This document shows positions 1 through 9,076 of a DNA stretch of 32,000 nucleotides, in pieces. Source of the DNA: Candidatus Syntropharchaeum caldarium (GTDB lineage Archaea > Halobacteriota > Syntropharchaeia > Syntropharchaeales > Syntropharchaeaceae); contig LYOS01000001.1 of NCBI GenBank assembly GCA_001766815.1, forward strand, positions 30,001 to 62,000, read 5' to 3'. Position 1 is the first letter of the stretch, and every line of letters starts with the position of its first letter. The position numbers were made by a program, and so were the translations under genes. The notes under the pieces were generated by a model, which saw only the letters and a list, made by a program, of their open reading frames with translations, was not told the DNA's origin and did not search any database.

Positions 1-1
1 G

Positions 2-1510
2 GGCGAGAAGGTTCACTGGGCTGATGTTATCGCAGAAGAGCTGATAGCGACAGGGCGCAAGCAGGTTGTTGCAACAGGGATCTCACCTTCTGGTCCAATT
101 CATATCGGAAACTTAAGAGAAGTGATAACAGCAGACGCGATCTACCGGGCGCTTCGTGACAGGGGTGCAGAGGATGCACGACTCATCTATGTGGCAGATA
201 CATTCGATCCGCTGAGACGGGTTTATCCTTTTTTACCTGATTCTTACGCTGAGTATGTTGGATCTCCGATCTCGACAATTCCTGACCCTGAAGGCTGCTG
301 TAAAAACTATGCAGAGCATTTTCTGCAACCATTTCTTGAATCCCTCGATGAACTTGAGATCGAGATTGAGGTTTACCGTGCAGATCTGATGTATGCAAAG
401 GGCGATTATGATGAGGCAATTTTGAAAGCACTCAGAATGCGTGACAGGATTGCTTCAATCATCGATGAAGTCACAGGAAAGGTCACCTCTCACGACTGGA
501 GTCCTTTCAACCCGATATGCAAGAGGTGTGGCAGACTCACAACGACAACGGTTACAGATTTTGATCCGCAGCAGATGCGTGCTGGGTATATATGTCAGTG
601 TGGAGAGGAAGGCGAGGTTCCGATCAGAGGTGGAGGAAAACTCACATGGCGGGTTGACTGGCCTGCAAGATGGGAAATTCTTGGCGTGACAGCAGAACCG
701 TTCGGGAAGGATCATGCATCTGCTGGAAGTTCTTACGATTCTGGAATACGCCTATCAAAGGAGATCTATAATTATGAACCGCCATACCCGATTCCGTTTG
801 AACATGTACTCCTGAAAGGCAAAGGCTCGATGTCCTCATCGAAAGGAGTTGCAATAACGGTTTCTGAGATGCTCTCGTGTATCCCGCCTGAGATACTGAA
901 GTATATTATGATAAGGGTCAAGCCAGAGAAACACATTGAGCTTGATCCTGCTCTCCCGCTTCTTAACTTAATCGATGAGTATGAACGGCTGGATCCTGCA
1001 TCTGATCGGTCGAAAGAGCTTTCAGCAACTGAAAAAAGCCTGAGGATCGATATCCCGTTCAGACACATCATCAATATCGTACAGATAGCGGGATTTGACG
1101 CTGAGAAGGCGCTTGAGGTGATAAAACGGGGTGGATACAAACTTGATGATCTTGAGATCATCGATCGATACAGCGCGTACGCAAGATCCTGGCTTGAGCG
1201 GTTTGCGCCCCAGTCGTTGAGGTTTGAGTTGCAGGAAGATGTGCCACCCGAAGCTTCAGAGATCCCACAGAACGTGCGCGAGGGACTCAACGAACTTGCG
1301 GACTTTCTCACGCAGGCAGATCTTGATGCTGAGATGGTACATCAGGAGATCTATGCGATCGCCACGCGGCTCGGGATAAAGCCAAAGGAGCTCTTTGCAG
1401 GGATTTATCTTGCACTTCTTGGGAGGAGGTCAGGGCCAAGGGCCGGATGGTTTCTGGTCTCGCTCGATCGAGAGTTTGTCATAGAAAGATTCAGGGCGAT
1501 CACCACCTGA
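2..1510 (+). CDS. lysK: Lysyl-tRNA synthetase, class I (archaeal type); 5' end cut by the window edge
   Basis: The frame of ORF 122..1510 stays open back to position 2. It reads GEKVHWADVIAEELIATGRKQVVATGISPSGPIHIGNLREV, which contains the class I HIGN (HIGH-type) signature. The rest of the ORF has class I LysRS-like length and layout. Stop codon TGA at 1508-1510. Confidence 0.9.
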   Translation, partial: GEKVHWADVIAEELIATGRKQVVATGISPSGPIHIGNLREVITADAIYRALRDRGAEDARLIYVADTFDPLRRVYPFLPDSYAEYVGSPISTIPDPEGCCKNYAEHFLQPFLESLDELEIEIEVYRADLMYAKGDYDEAILKALRMRDRIASIIDEVTGKVTSHDWSPFNPICKRCGRLTTTTVTDFDPQQMRAGYICQCGEEGEVPIRGGGKLTWRVDWPARWEILGVTAEPFGKDHASAGSSYDSGIRLSKEIYNYEPPYPIPFEHVLLKGKGSMSSSKGVAITVSEMLSCIPPEILKYIMIRVKPEKHIELDPALPLLNLIDEYERLDPASDRSKELSATEKSLRIDIPFRHIINIVQIAGFDAEKALEVIKRGGYKLDDLEIIDRYSAYARSWLERFAPQSLRFELQEDVPPEASEIPQNVREGLNELADFLTQADLDAEMVHQEIYAIATRLGIKPKELFAGIYLALLGRRSGPRAGWFLVSLDREFVIERFRAITT

Positions 1511-3242
1511 AAAGCTCTGATATCGCAGCTTTTACCAGATTGAAGAGTTTAAGATTTTTCTTTGAGGCAGGCCATTCCATGTGAACTTTCTCATTGATCA
1601 CATAATCAAGCATCATGTCGAGTTCAGGTTTAAGTGCGTTCAACTCCTTCTGTCTCTCCTTCTGATCATCTAACTCCATTATTTCATCGATTCGACGGGT
1701 AAGCTCAATTGCAAGCTTTATCCGCTCCTCAGTTGATCTGAATATCTCCTGATCGATCACACCATACTCGGCCTTCAGTCTGTTGAGGTGCATGCCAGCC
1801 CGGTATGTACAGTCAACGATCTCATCGCGGCTCATCCATTCGGTCTCATAGTTGAGGGCATATTTCCAGCTTGGTGAGAGCATTGCTTTCCTGTACTCTT
1901 CAAGCGTCCTGAAACGAATCCTGTATCCGTACTCACTGGCATTCTCATAAGCGATAGAGCCTGGATCAAGGAAGGGTGAGTAGGAGAGGATGAAAGGAAC
2001 CACACGCTTCCCAAATCGTCCCATCAGCTCCCCACACCACTCAACTGTATCCATCACAGATTCACAATCCTGTAGTGGGAGACCGATCATAAAAAACAGG
2101 TCAAACCGGTTGCAACCATGTTCCATCGCCCACTCGATGTTTGCCTCGATCTGCGCGTTTGTGTAGTGCTTCCCTTCTCTGGATCTGATCTTTTCGTCGT
2201 GGGTATCAGGAGAGATCTCAAAATTAAAATTTTTAACCGATTCACCTACAAGTTTGAAGTACTCTTCTGGTGCACACGTGAAAAGTTCAAAGACGAGGTG
2301 GTTCTCAAATTCTTTTTCCCGCAACCCTTCAAGTACTTTGTATGCATATTCCTTCCCTGACTGTAGCAGGTCACCGATGATAAATATCGGCGCCCTTGTG
2401 TATGCCGTAATCTTCAGTATCTCCTCTGCAATCATCTCTGGGTCACGAAATGATGCTTTATTTCGGTTGCAATAGTGTGCAACTGCCTTCTTCGATCCGC
2501 CGCAGAACGTGCAGTTGTGCATGCAGCCACGACAGGTTATGATCGGTGTGATAGGATAGTCCATCCAGTGCGATGATCCACTCTTCCATGGACTCAGGCT
2601 CCGGATATCCATGTACCTGAGAGCCGTCCTGAAAGCATATATGTAGTTGTTTGCACAGCCGTTAAATCTGGATGGAACATGGGTGAAGGGATTTATACGA
2701 ACCTCGCTGTCCTTATCCTTCCAGACAAGATTTGGGATCTCATCCAGATGTTCGCTGGATCTGGCTGTTATCACCTTCATCAGTCTCAAAAACGGTTCTT
2801 CGGTAGAGTCTCCTCTTATCACAAAATCAACTGCTGGATAGCGGATCAACTCATCGTGAAAGTAGGTTGCTGAAAGCCCGCCAAAGATTACAGGTGTTTC
2901 GGGGTGGTATTTTTTGCATACCTTTGCAACCTCAAGACTTCCATGCGCATGTGCCAACCAGTGAAGATCGATCCCGAAAGCGGCTGGCTTGAGCTTCCGT
3001 ATCATTTTTTCAGGATTAAAACTTGCATCTCCAAGCATTCTGGCGGCTAAATTGACAATTCTTACCTTCATCCCACCTCTTTCGAGATGTTCCAGTATTG
3101 AGAAGAATCCAATCGGGTACATCTCAAATAACGGGGATGAGGGGACGCCATCTGCGATAGGCCCAAACATTAATGGACGCTCTCGAAAGTCATAAACTGC
3201 TGGCGCATGCAGCAAAACCAGATCTGGGTTTCTAATATACAT
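1500..3242 (-). CDS. B12-binding-domain-type radical SAM protein (580 aa), specific function unknown
   Basis: It has a CxxxCxxC radical SAM cluster motif (CMHNCTFCGG) preceded by an N-terminal Rossmann-like region (VLLHAP...IVNLAA...IDLHWLAH...VIFGG) typical of B12-binding radical SAM proteins. It converges on lysK with an 11-nt overlap. Confidence 0.8.
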   Translation of the reverse strand: MYIRNPDLVLLHAPAVYDFRERPLMFGPIADGVPSSPLFEMYPIGFFSILEHLERGGMKVRIVNLAARMLGDASFNPEKMIRKLKPAAFGIDLHWLAHAHGSLEVAKVCKKYHPETPVIFGGLSATYFHDELIRYPAVDFVIRGDSTEEPFLRLMKVITARSSEHLDEIPNLVWKDKDSEVRINPFTHVPSRFNGCANNYIYAFRTALRYMDIRSLSPWKSGSSHWMDYPITPIITCRGCMHNCTFCGGSKKAVAHYCNRNKASFRDPEMIAEEILKITAYTRAPIFIIGDLLQSGKEYAYKVLEGLREKEFENHLVFELFTCAPEEYFKLVGESVKNFNFEISPDTHDEKIRSREGKHYTNAQIEANIEWAMEHGCNRFDLFFMIGLPLQDCESVMDTVEWCGELMGRFGKRVVPFILSYSPFLDPGSIAYENASEYGYRIRFRTLEEYRKAMLSPSWKYALNYETEWMSRDEIVDCTYRAGMHLNRLKAEYGVIDQEIFRSTEERIKLAIELTRRIDEIMELDDQKERQKELNALKPELDMMLDYVINEKVHMEWPASKKNLKLFNLVKAAISELFRW

Positions 3243-3336
3243 CTCTCTCCATCTTGTTATGAGGAATGGATAAAACCGGGATCATATAACTTTATCGGAA
3301 GGAAAGTCTATTAACTCACCATAGCGAGTTCGTGAT

Positions 3337-4221
3337 ATGATCGGCGAGGTTGAACGCTTCTTTCTGCTCTTTATAGCAGGTCTTGGCCTGAGGATTATGG
3401 CAGGAGACCACCTCTTCTGGTTGCCCAAGCTTATCAAAATCTTTCTGGTTTATATTGGGATTCCATCACTCCTCATATCAACGCTTCTCTCCTCTCAGAA
3501 GCTCGGAACTGAATTCTCGCTGGCTGCAGCGGTAACCGTACTCTCAATCTTCTCGATCCTTGCACTCTCAATCCTTCACCATAAATTGAGAGATCGAAGC
3601 GATGGTGAAGTCCTTCTGCTTTTAAACGCCTTTCCAAACGCAGGTTTTCTTGGACTTCCCGTCTGTTACATCCTCTTTGGTGAAGGAGGGATGTATTATG
3701 CCTCGATCTATGTATTGTTTGGCACACTGATACACTACAGCATCGGGGTCTTCACATCGATCTACATCAAGGATGGCAACATTAAAAAAGGTCTTGATGG
3801 TATGAAACGCTTCCCCGGATTTTATACAATGGTGGTCGTATTTCTGATCGCATCCTTTAATCCAGCGATACCACATGGACTTGTATCAACGCTCGATATA
3901 CTGGGTGGTTTCACGATAACCCTTGCAATCTTCTTCATCGGGCTTTCGATAAAATTTGAAAAACCGATAGAAGAATTTTTAAGCGATCTCATACATGTTA
4001 CAACCTTCAGGTTTCTTCTCTCACCACTTACCATCATCATCTTCGCTATCCTTCTAAAAATCGAACCTGGCGCACTTATCGTTCAGTCGATGATGCCACC
4101 CGCGATTGGATCCACAATAATCGCTGCCCATTATGGTATGAACTATAGCATGGCTGCAAATGTCACATCAGCGATAACAATCATCTTCATGATCGGGTTC
4201 TTTCTTTTAGTATATCTCTAA
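3337..4221 (+). CDS. AEC (auxin efflux carrier) family membrane permease
   Basis: This 294-aa polytopic hydrophobic protein carries NAGFLGLPV, a motif characteristic of the AEC/malate-permease family, and shows two-halves transmembrane organisation. Confidence 0.75.
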   Translation: MIGEVERFFLLFIAGLGLRIMAGDHLFWLPKLIKIFLVYIGIPSLLISTLLSSQKLGTEFSLAAAVTVLSIFSILALSILHHKLRDRSDGEVLLLLNAFPNAGFLGLPVCYILFGEGGMYYASIYVLFGTLIHYSIGVFTSIYIKDGNIKKGLDGMKRFPGFYTMVVVFLIASFNPAIPHGLVSTLDILGGFTITLAIFFIGLSIKFEKPIEEFLSDLIHVTTFRFLLSPLTIIIFAILLKIEPGALIVQSMMPPAIGSTIIAAHYGMNYSMAANVTSAITIIFMIGFFLLVYL

Positions 4222-4267
4222 ACTGCAGTACAGATATTTTTATAACGCCTCATGCAATCTAACGTCT

Positions 4268-5176
4268 ATGCAGATTATAGAATCGATTGCGAACCTCAAA
4301 GAAGAGAAGAACGCGATCATACTTGCCCATAATTACGTGAGAGGAGAACTCCAGGATATCGCTGACGTTGTGGGCGACTCGCTTGAGCTTGCAAGATCTG
4401 CATCAGCAACAGATGCCAGTGTTATCGTATTCTGCGGTGTGGATTTTATGGCAGAGACCGCATCAATCTTAAACCCGGATAAGAAGGTCTTAATCCCTGA
4501 TATCGGTTCAATATGCCCGATGGCACAGATGCTCATGGTAGAGGATCTCATTGAAGCAAAGAAGGCTCATCCTGATGCAAAGGTTGTGCTCTATGTGAAC
4601 ACCCTTGCAGAGGCAAAGGTACATGCAGACTGTATCTGTACATCTGCAAATGCGGATAGGATTGTCAACGCCATGGAGTCAGATACGATTCTTTTTGGCC
4701 CTGATATTAACCTTGGAAATTATGTCAGGAAACACACGGATAAAAAGATAATCCCTGTTCCAGCGTATGGCCTGTGTCCAACACACCATCAGATAACGCT
4801 CTCAGATCTCATCAAGGCGAAGAAGGCTCATCCTGGGGCAGAAGTTGTTGTTCATCCTGAGTGTGTCGAAGAGGTGCAGGATATGGCAGATCAAATTGCA
4901 TCAACAAGCGGGATGGTTAAATACTGCAAGCATTCAGATGCAGATGAGTTTTTGATCGGCACCGAAGTTGGGCTAATCTACAGAATGAAGAAGGAGATGC
5001 CGGATAAGAAATTTTATCCAGTCTCAGAAAGTGCTGTATGCCCACAGATGAAGATGCACACGCTTGAAAAGGTTGAGCGAGCTTTAAGAGAAGAGATCTT
5101 TGAGGTTAAGGTCCCTGAAATGATACAGAAAGAGGCGATCAAGCCAATTATGAGGATGCTTGACCTCTCGAAGTGA
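4268..5176 (+). CDS. nadA: Quinolinate synthase A
   Basis: The N-terminus ...KNAIILAHNYVRGELQDIADVVGDSLELAR... and VFCGVDFMAETASILNP, the ~300-aa length and conserved Cys positions (ICPMA, LCPTHH, VCPQMK) are typical of NadA. Confidence 0.92.
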   Translation: MQIIESIANLKEEKNAIILAHNYVRGELQDIADVVGDSLELARSASATDASVIVFCGVDFMAETASILNPDKKVLIPDIGSICPMAQMLMVEDLIEAKKAHPDAKVVLYVNTLAEAKVHADCICTSANADRIVNAMESDTILFGPDINLGNYVRKHTDKKIIPVPAYGLCPTHHQITLSDLIKAKKAHPGAEVVVHPECVEEVQDMADQIASTSGMVKYCKHSDADEFLIGTEVGLIYRMKKEMPDKKFYPVSESAVCPQMKMHTLEKVERALREEIFEVKVPEMIQKEAIKPIMRMLDLSK

Positions 5177-5189
5177 GAAGGTGATTTTA

Positions 5190-5726
5190 ATGCATCCAGA
5201 AGCTCTTGATGAACTTGCTGCAAAGGCGGTTGATTACGGTGCAACGGTGGCAAAAGTAATACCAGTTGAAAAAATTGCGATCGATGAACGGACGCGAATC
5301 AAATGCCAGTTTGGTTGTCCAAACTACAGACGCGGACTCATGTGCCCGCCCTATGTTCCAGCACCTGAAGTCTTCTCAAAAGTCCTGAATCGTTATAACT
5401 GGGCAATTCTCTTTGAGTTTGAAGTTCCAGGTGAGGATGTAAAAAGAGTGGATGAGGTTCAGAAGCAGGTACAGGCTTTAATCGAGCGAATGGAGCTTGA
5501 AGCAATGAGTCTTGGATACAACTTCGCACTCGGTCTCAAGGCTGGTGGATGCAGGATCTGTGATCGGTGCGTTGCATGGCTTGGGGAAGAAAATCTTCTC
5601 TGCAGACACCCAGACCGTGCGAGACCTGCGATGGAAGCGCTCGGGATTGATGTTATTCAGACGCTCAGGAATACGGGGTATGATACAATCCCACGACGGG
5701 TTTTCGCGTTACTTCTTGTTGATTGA
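5190..5726 (+). CDS. DUF2284-type predicted metal-binding protein
   Basis: The Cys pattern CQFGCPNYRRGLMCPP ... GGCRICDRC is typical of DUF2284/COG5423 proteins. I prefer the ATG at 5190, preceded by GAAGGTGA, over the track start at 5160, which overlaps the nadA end. Confidence 0.7.
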   Translation: MHPEALDELAAKAVDYGATVAKVIPVEKIAIDERTRIKCQFGCPNYRRGLMCPPYVPAPEVFSKVLNRYNWAILFEFEVPGEDVKRVDEVQKQVQALIERMELEAMSLGYNFALGLKAGGCRICDRCVAWLGEENLLCRHPDRARPAMEALGIDVIQTLRNTGYDTIPRRVFALLLVD

Positions 5727-5777
5727 ATTAACTGGAGGTATTTTGGAGAGTTTTGGCCTGGTGGGGAGATTTTTATA

Positions 5778-5933
5778 TTATGACTCACCATGATTAAACA
5801 CCTCATCCAGAATACTTTCTTTCATTTTCTCAAGTTGATTTATCTGATACTGAATTTTTTCTTTCAAGGTTTTAATTTTTTCGTAAACAGAATCAAGATA
5901 GTTTGCTATTTCCTTTTGCTTTTCAAGTCGCTG
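5778..5933 (-). pseudogene. Remnant of a second hsdS 3' end (C-terminal conserved helix only)
   Basis: My minus-strand translation is QRLEKQKEIANYLDSVYEKIKTLKEKIQYQINQLEKMKESILDEVFNHGES*. It parallels the C-terminus of the main HsdS (PDLEKQKEIANYLDSVYEKIKTLREKIQRQISLLEEMKESILDEVFTIR*). An in-frame TAG lies immediately upstream, and there is no target recognition domain (TRD). Confidence 0.8.
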
Positions 5934-5938
5934 CTATC

Positions 5939-6655
5939 TTATTCTTTGTAATAAACTGCTTTATCCAGTTGTCGTAACAAAAATGATATGAAACTTAACA
6001 GATCAAGACAGTCGTCTTTTGATATAGGCCAATCAAGAGCAGGTTCATGAGCCGTTGGGTTCCTGATTGCTTGCATCAAACCTGCTGATAAAAACTTAAG
6101 TCCTTCTTGAACATTCTTATCAGTCTCTGTCTCGCATCGAGTAACTTTTAATACCCCTTTTATTCCCCATACATCCATCATCAAAGCATAGCCGTCCTTC
6201 TCACTTTCCGCTTTCTCTTTGACTATCTTGTTATAAACCTTTGCTGCCTCAAATACTGCATGAAAATAGTTTCTTTGCTTGTACAGGTTTAGACAGTGCC
6301 GATGGATAAGATGATGAAAGTTTCTGGAATAAAATTCAGTTAAAGCGTCATCTATATGTAAATTCACCCCAGCTTCTTTTAAAATTTTCTTCACATCCGC
6401 TATTTTGTCCGCAGGAGTGATGAGCCGTAAAAATTTTTTCAATAACTCATTTCGTTCATCATTGTCCATTTTCTGTTTAGCTAAGGTAAGTATCCAGTCA
6501 TGGATTAATTTAGCTCGTGACGATGTAATAGATTCATTTGGGAAATCTTCTTTCGAAAACCTAAACACGGATGCAGCAGCACGATTAATATCATTGATAG
6601 TTGTATCGTATTTTAAAAGATCTCCCACCTGAATTGCTATTAATTGATAATTCAT
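5939..6655 (-). CDS. TIGR02391/Hypoth_ymh-like protein with C-terminal R-N-x3-H motif (238 aa)
   Basis: The C-terminal region ...GLKFLSAGLMQAIRNPTAHEPALDWP... matches my memory of the TIGR02391 (Pfam Hypoth_ymh) signature. GGAGG lies 6 nt before the ATG, and the start is 11 nt after the hsdS stop, so it sits in the same operon. Confidence 0.65.
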   Translation of the reverse strand: MNYQLIAIQVGDLLKYDTTINDINRAAASVFRFSKEDFPNESITSSRAKLIHDWILTLAKQKMDNDERNELLKKFLRLITPADKIADVKKILKEAGVNLHIDDALTEFYSRNFHHLIHRHCLNLYKQRNYFHAVFEAAKVYNKIVKEKAESEKDGYALMMDVWGIKGVLKVTRCETETDKNVQEGLKFLSAGLMQAIRNPTAHEPALDWPISKDDCLDLLSFISFLLRQLDKAVYYKE

Positions 6656-6666
6656 ATTCAGCCTCC

Positions 6667-7704
6667 TTACCTAATAGTAAACACCTCATCCAAAATACTT
6701 TCTTTCATCTCCTCAAGCAAGCTTATCTGCCTCTGGATTTTCTCTCTCAGGGTCTTGATTTTTTCATAAACACTGTCAAGGTAGTTTGCTATTTCTTTTT
6801 GCTTTTCAAGGTCTGGATGGTTGTTGTGGAAGGGGAGGGGGATTTTTGAATTGATTAAAAATTCTTTAGGAACTCTTTTATGTCCAACTGTCCCAGTAAA
6901 ATGGAGTTTAGCTAAGTTTCTAAATCTTTTCCTTCTGATGAAATAGAAAATAAATTCCGACAAGATGCTCTCTTTTGGTCTTAAAACATGAAATTCCGTT
7001 GATCCAAATCCTATTCTGTTTTTTAAGTTACAGGCTATTGCACTTTTTCCATTTTCCATACATGGGGTTATCTTCGCAAATAGCACATCTCCCTCTTTAA
7101 AGTAAGTATATCCTTTATAAACAGACTGAATTGATCTTATTTTCTGTCTCACGATCTTACCCTCAGTATCATCAACATAATCCATAGGAATAAAAGAAAC
7201 TTCAATATTTTGTTCCAATAGTTGCTTAACCTCTGACTTCTTTGGATTTATTCTACATACTTCCCTTAACCTCACCTCTCTCCACTCCTCACCCTCCTTC
7301 AGCTTAAATGCCTGCTCTAAAACGCTTTCCCAGAGTTCATCAAGTTTTTCAAGTTCTTTCTTTTTCTTCTCCAGAATTCTGTCAATCCTTGAAAAGTTTG
7401 CCTCAATGTATTCAACGATTTTCTTTTGAGTTTCTAAATCTAACTTGCCGTTGCGGAAGGGGAGGGGGAGTTTTATTGATAAAAGTTTTTTATTTGATAT
7501 GCCTGCTTGACCAATCCACTTTGTGGCTTTCAGATAGAAAAAACCTTTACTCCAAAGATAATTGAGATACCATGACAAAAAATCAGGTATTATGATTTGT
7601 TTCTTTACTCTTATTCTCGTTATGTGGTTGCTATAAGTATGATTTCCATTTAATTCTCTATAAACAGCGGCTCTACCTACAAGTTCGATACTATTTGTAT
7701 TATT
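6667..7704 (-). pseudogene. hsdS: Type I R-M specificity subunit HsdS, C-terminal 346 codons (distal to the IS insertion)
   Basis: Reading upstream of the track ORF (6667..7578), the frame stays open to the IS junction: NNTNSIELVGRAAVYRELNGNH...FLSWYLNYL... It shows the central and C-terminal conserved coiled-coil repeats (LETQKKIVEYIE..., LEKQKEIANYLD...) and a second TRD. Confidence 0.9.
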
Positions 7705-7705
7705 A

Positions 7706-7722
7706 TAGTCTCCTGCAAAACT
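7706..7722. repeat. IS630-family left terminal inverted repeat
   Basis: TAGTCTCCTGCAAAACT; its reverse-complement partner lies at 8786-8802. Confidence 0.85.
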
Positions 7723-7751
7723 TTATCTACTATCCCATCTCATTCCCTCCT

Positions 7752-8787
7752 GTGAGGGGAGAACGAATATCAATCAGGAAGTTTGAAGAGGTTGGGTCAC
7801 TGTTAAAGAGCGAGAAGGATCCAGTGGTGAAGCAAAAACTCTCTTTTCTCCTGTTTGCAGGAGAAGATTGTCTGTATTTTGAAAGAGCTGTTGAGGCGAC
7901 CGGTATCGATATTACAACTGGCTACACATGGATAAGGATGTGGAATGATCTGGGATACGAAGGGCTTCTTTCAAGCCCAAATAAAGGAGGTAGACCTCCC
8001 AAGCTCACTGACGAAGATCTCGAAGATCTACGGAATATTCTGGAATCTAAGGATTACTGGACGACAAAAGAGGTAACAGTGCTCATCAAAGAGGTCTTCA
8101 TGAAGAAACTATCAGAAGATCAGGTTAGACGCATTTTGAGGGATAAGCTGGGGATGAGACTATCAAAGCCATATCAACATGACTATAGAAGACCAGATAA
8201 CGCCGAAGAGATCTTGAAAGATCGAGTGGAAGCAACTTTGAGTGAGCTTGAAACGAAAGGATACAAGAGGGAAGAAATAGCAATCGGGTTTGTAGATGAG
8301 AGTTCTCCTCAAAATACTGCCAATACGGTTAGGGTCTGGAGTTTTGGTAAGCCGCATATAAAAAAACACCACAAGGATGAGATCCAATGCGATGGGGTTC
8401 TATCCGATTAGAGGAGAAGAGGTGATAATTTTTCCTGAGAATTCAAAGATAGAGAGCTTCATTGACTTTTTGAGGGCGATACGGGCGGTTAATGATGATT
8501 ACAAAGCGATTATCGTGGTACTCGATAACTTCAGCACGCACGTATCGAATAGGGTGAAAAAAGAGGCCGAGCAGCTCGGGATATATCTCGTTTACCTCCC
8601 ACCATACTCGCCCGATCTCAATCCGATCGAGTTTGTATGGAAGAGCATCAAAAGAGTCATCTCGATTCTTTTTGTGGATAACGTAGAGGTTCTGAGGAGG
8701 ATAATCGAAAGAACATTCAGTAGGCTTGCAGAGAGCTTATCATTTGCTAAGTCGTGGATAGAAAAATTCATCCCATCGTGGATTTAG
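7752..8787 (+). CDS. IS630-family DDE transposase, split into two frames (orfA to 8411, orfB from about 8368); needs a +1 shift or a 1-nt correction
   Basis: The N-terminal HTH region reads ...GYTWIRMWNDLGYEGLL...GGRPPKL. The DDE-like triad is IGFVDESS, VVLDNFSTH and YSPDLNPIEFVWKSIK. The GTG at 7752 is the first plausible start inside the element. The two frames overlap around an A7 run at 8360-8366. Confidence 0.8.
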
Positions 8788-8802
8788 TTTTGCGGGGGAC
8801 TA
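8786..8802. repeat. IS630-family right terminal inverted repeat
   Basis: AGTTTTGCGGGGGACTA, which is the reverse complement of TAGTCCCCCGCAAAACT. Confidence 0.85.
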
Positions 8803-9076
8803 TAAATAGAACATCTTCATCTTGGATAAAATATTTTTCAACTTCTTGCATATTTTTAGGTATATATGTTAATTCATCAAAATTTATCTTATTCCAATTT
8901 GCTATATTGTATGGTCTTAACTGCGGAATTCCATTATTAGCACCTATCTTTCTTCTTTTTTGCTTAGATAAAGCAAAGCCTGACTTCACCTCTTCCACAA
9001 ATTCCTTAACTTTTAACTCCCTCCACTCAACTTCTTCGGATTCCCACGGTTTTTTATTTTTGACCATAAGAATCAC
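8803..9076 (-). pseudogene. hsdS: HsdS N-terminal 91 codons (proximal to the IS insertion)
   Basis: (M)ILMVKNKKPWESEEVEWRELKVKEFVEEVKSGF...YFIQDEDVLF is a typical start of HsdS TRD1. The frame then runs into the IS inverted repeat. Candidate starts are GTG 9076 and ATG 9067. Confidence 0.85.

Larger units (their letters stand above)
7706..8802 (+). mobile_element. IS630/Tc1-mariner family insertion sequence (1097 bp) inserted in hsdS
   Basis: The terminal inverted repeats are TAGTCTCCTGCAAAACT (7706-7722) and AGTTTTGCGGGGGACTA (8786-8802), matching at 15 of 17 positions. A TA dinucleotide flanks each side (7704-7705 and 8803-8804). The element encodes a DDE transposase. Confidence 0.9.

Noticed and set aside
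772-1311. 179-aa minus-strand ORF inside lysK, and similar 60-120-aa ORFs inside the thermosome, pheT, hsdR and hsdM genes
   Set aside because: They are nested in, or antisense to, confidently identified genes, and their biased Ser/Arg-rich composition is typical of non-coding frames.
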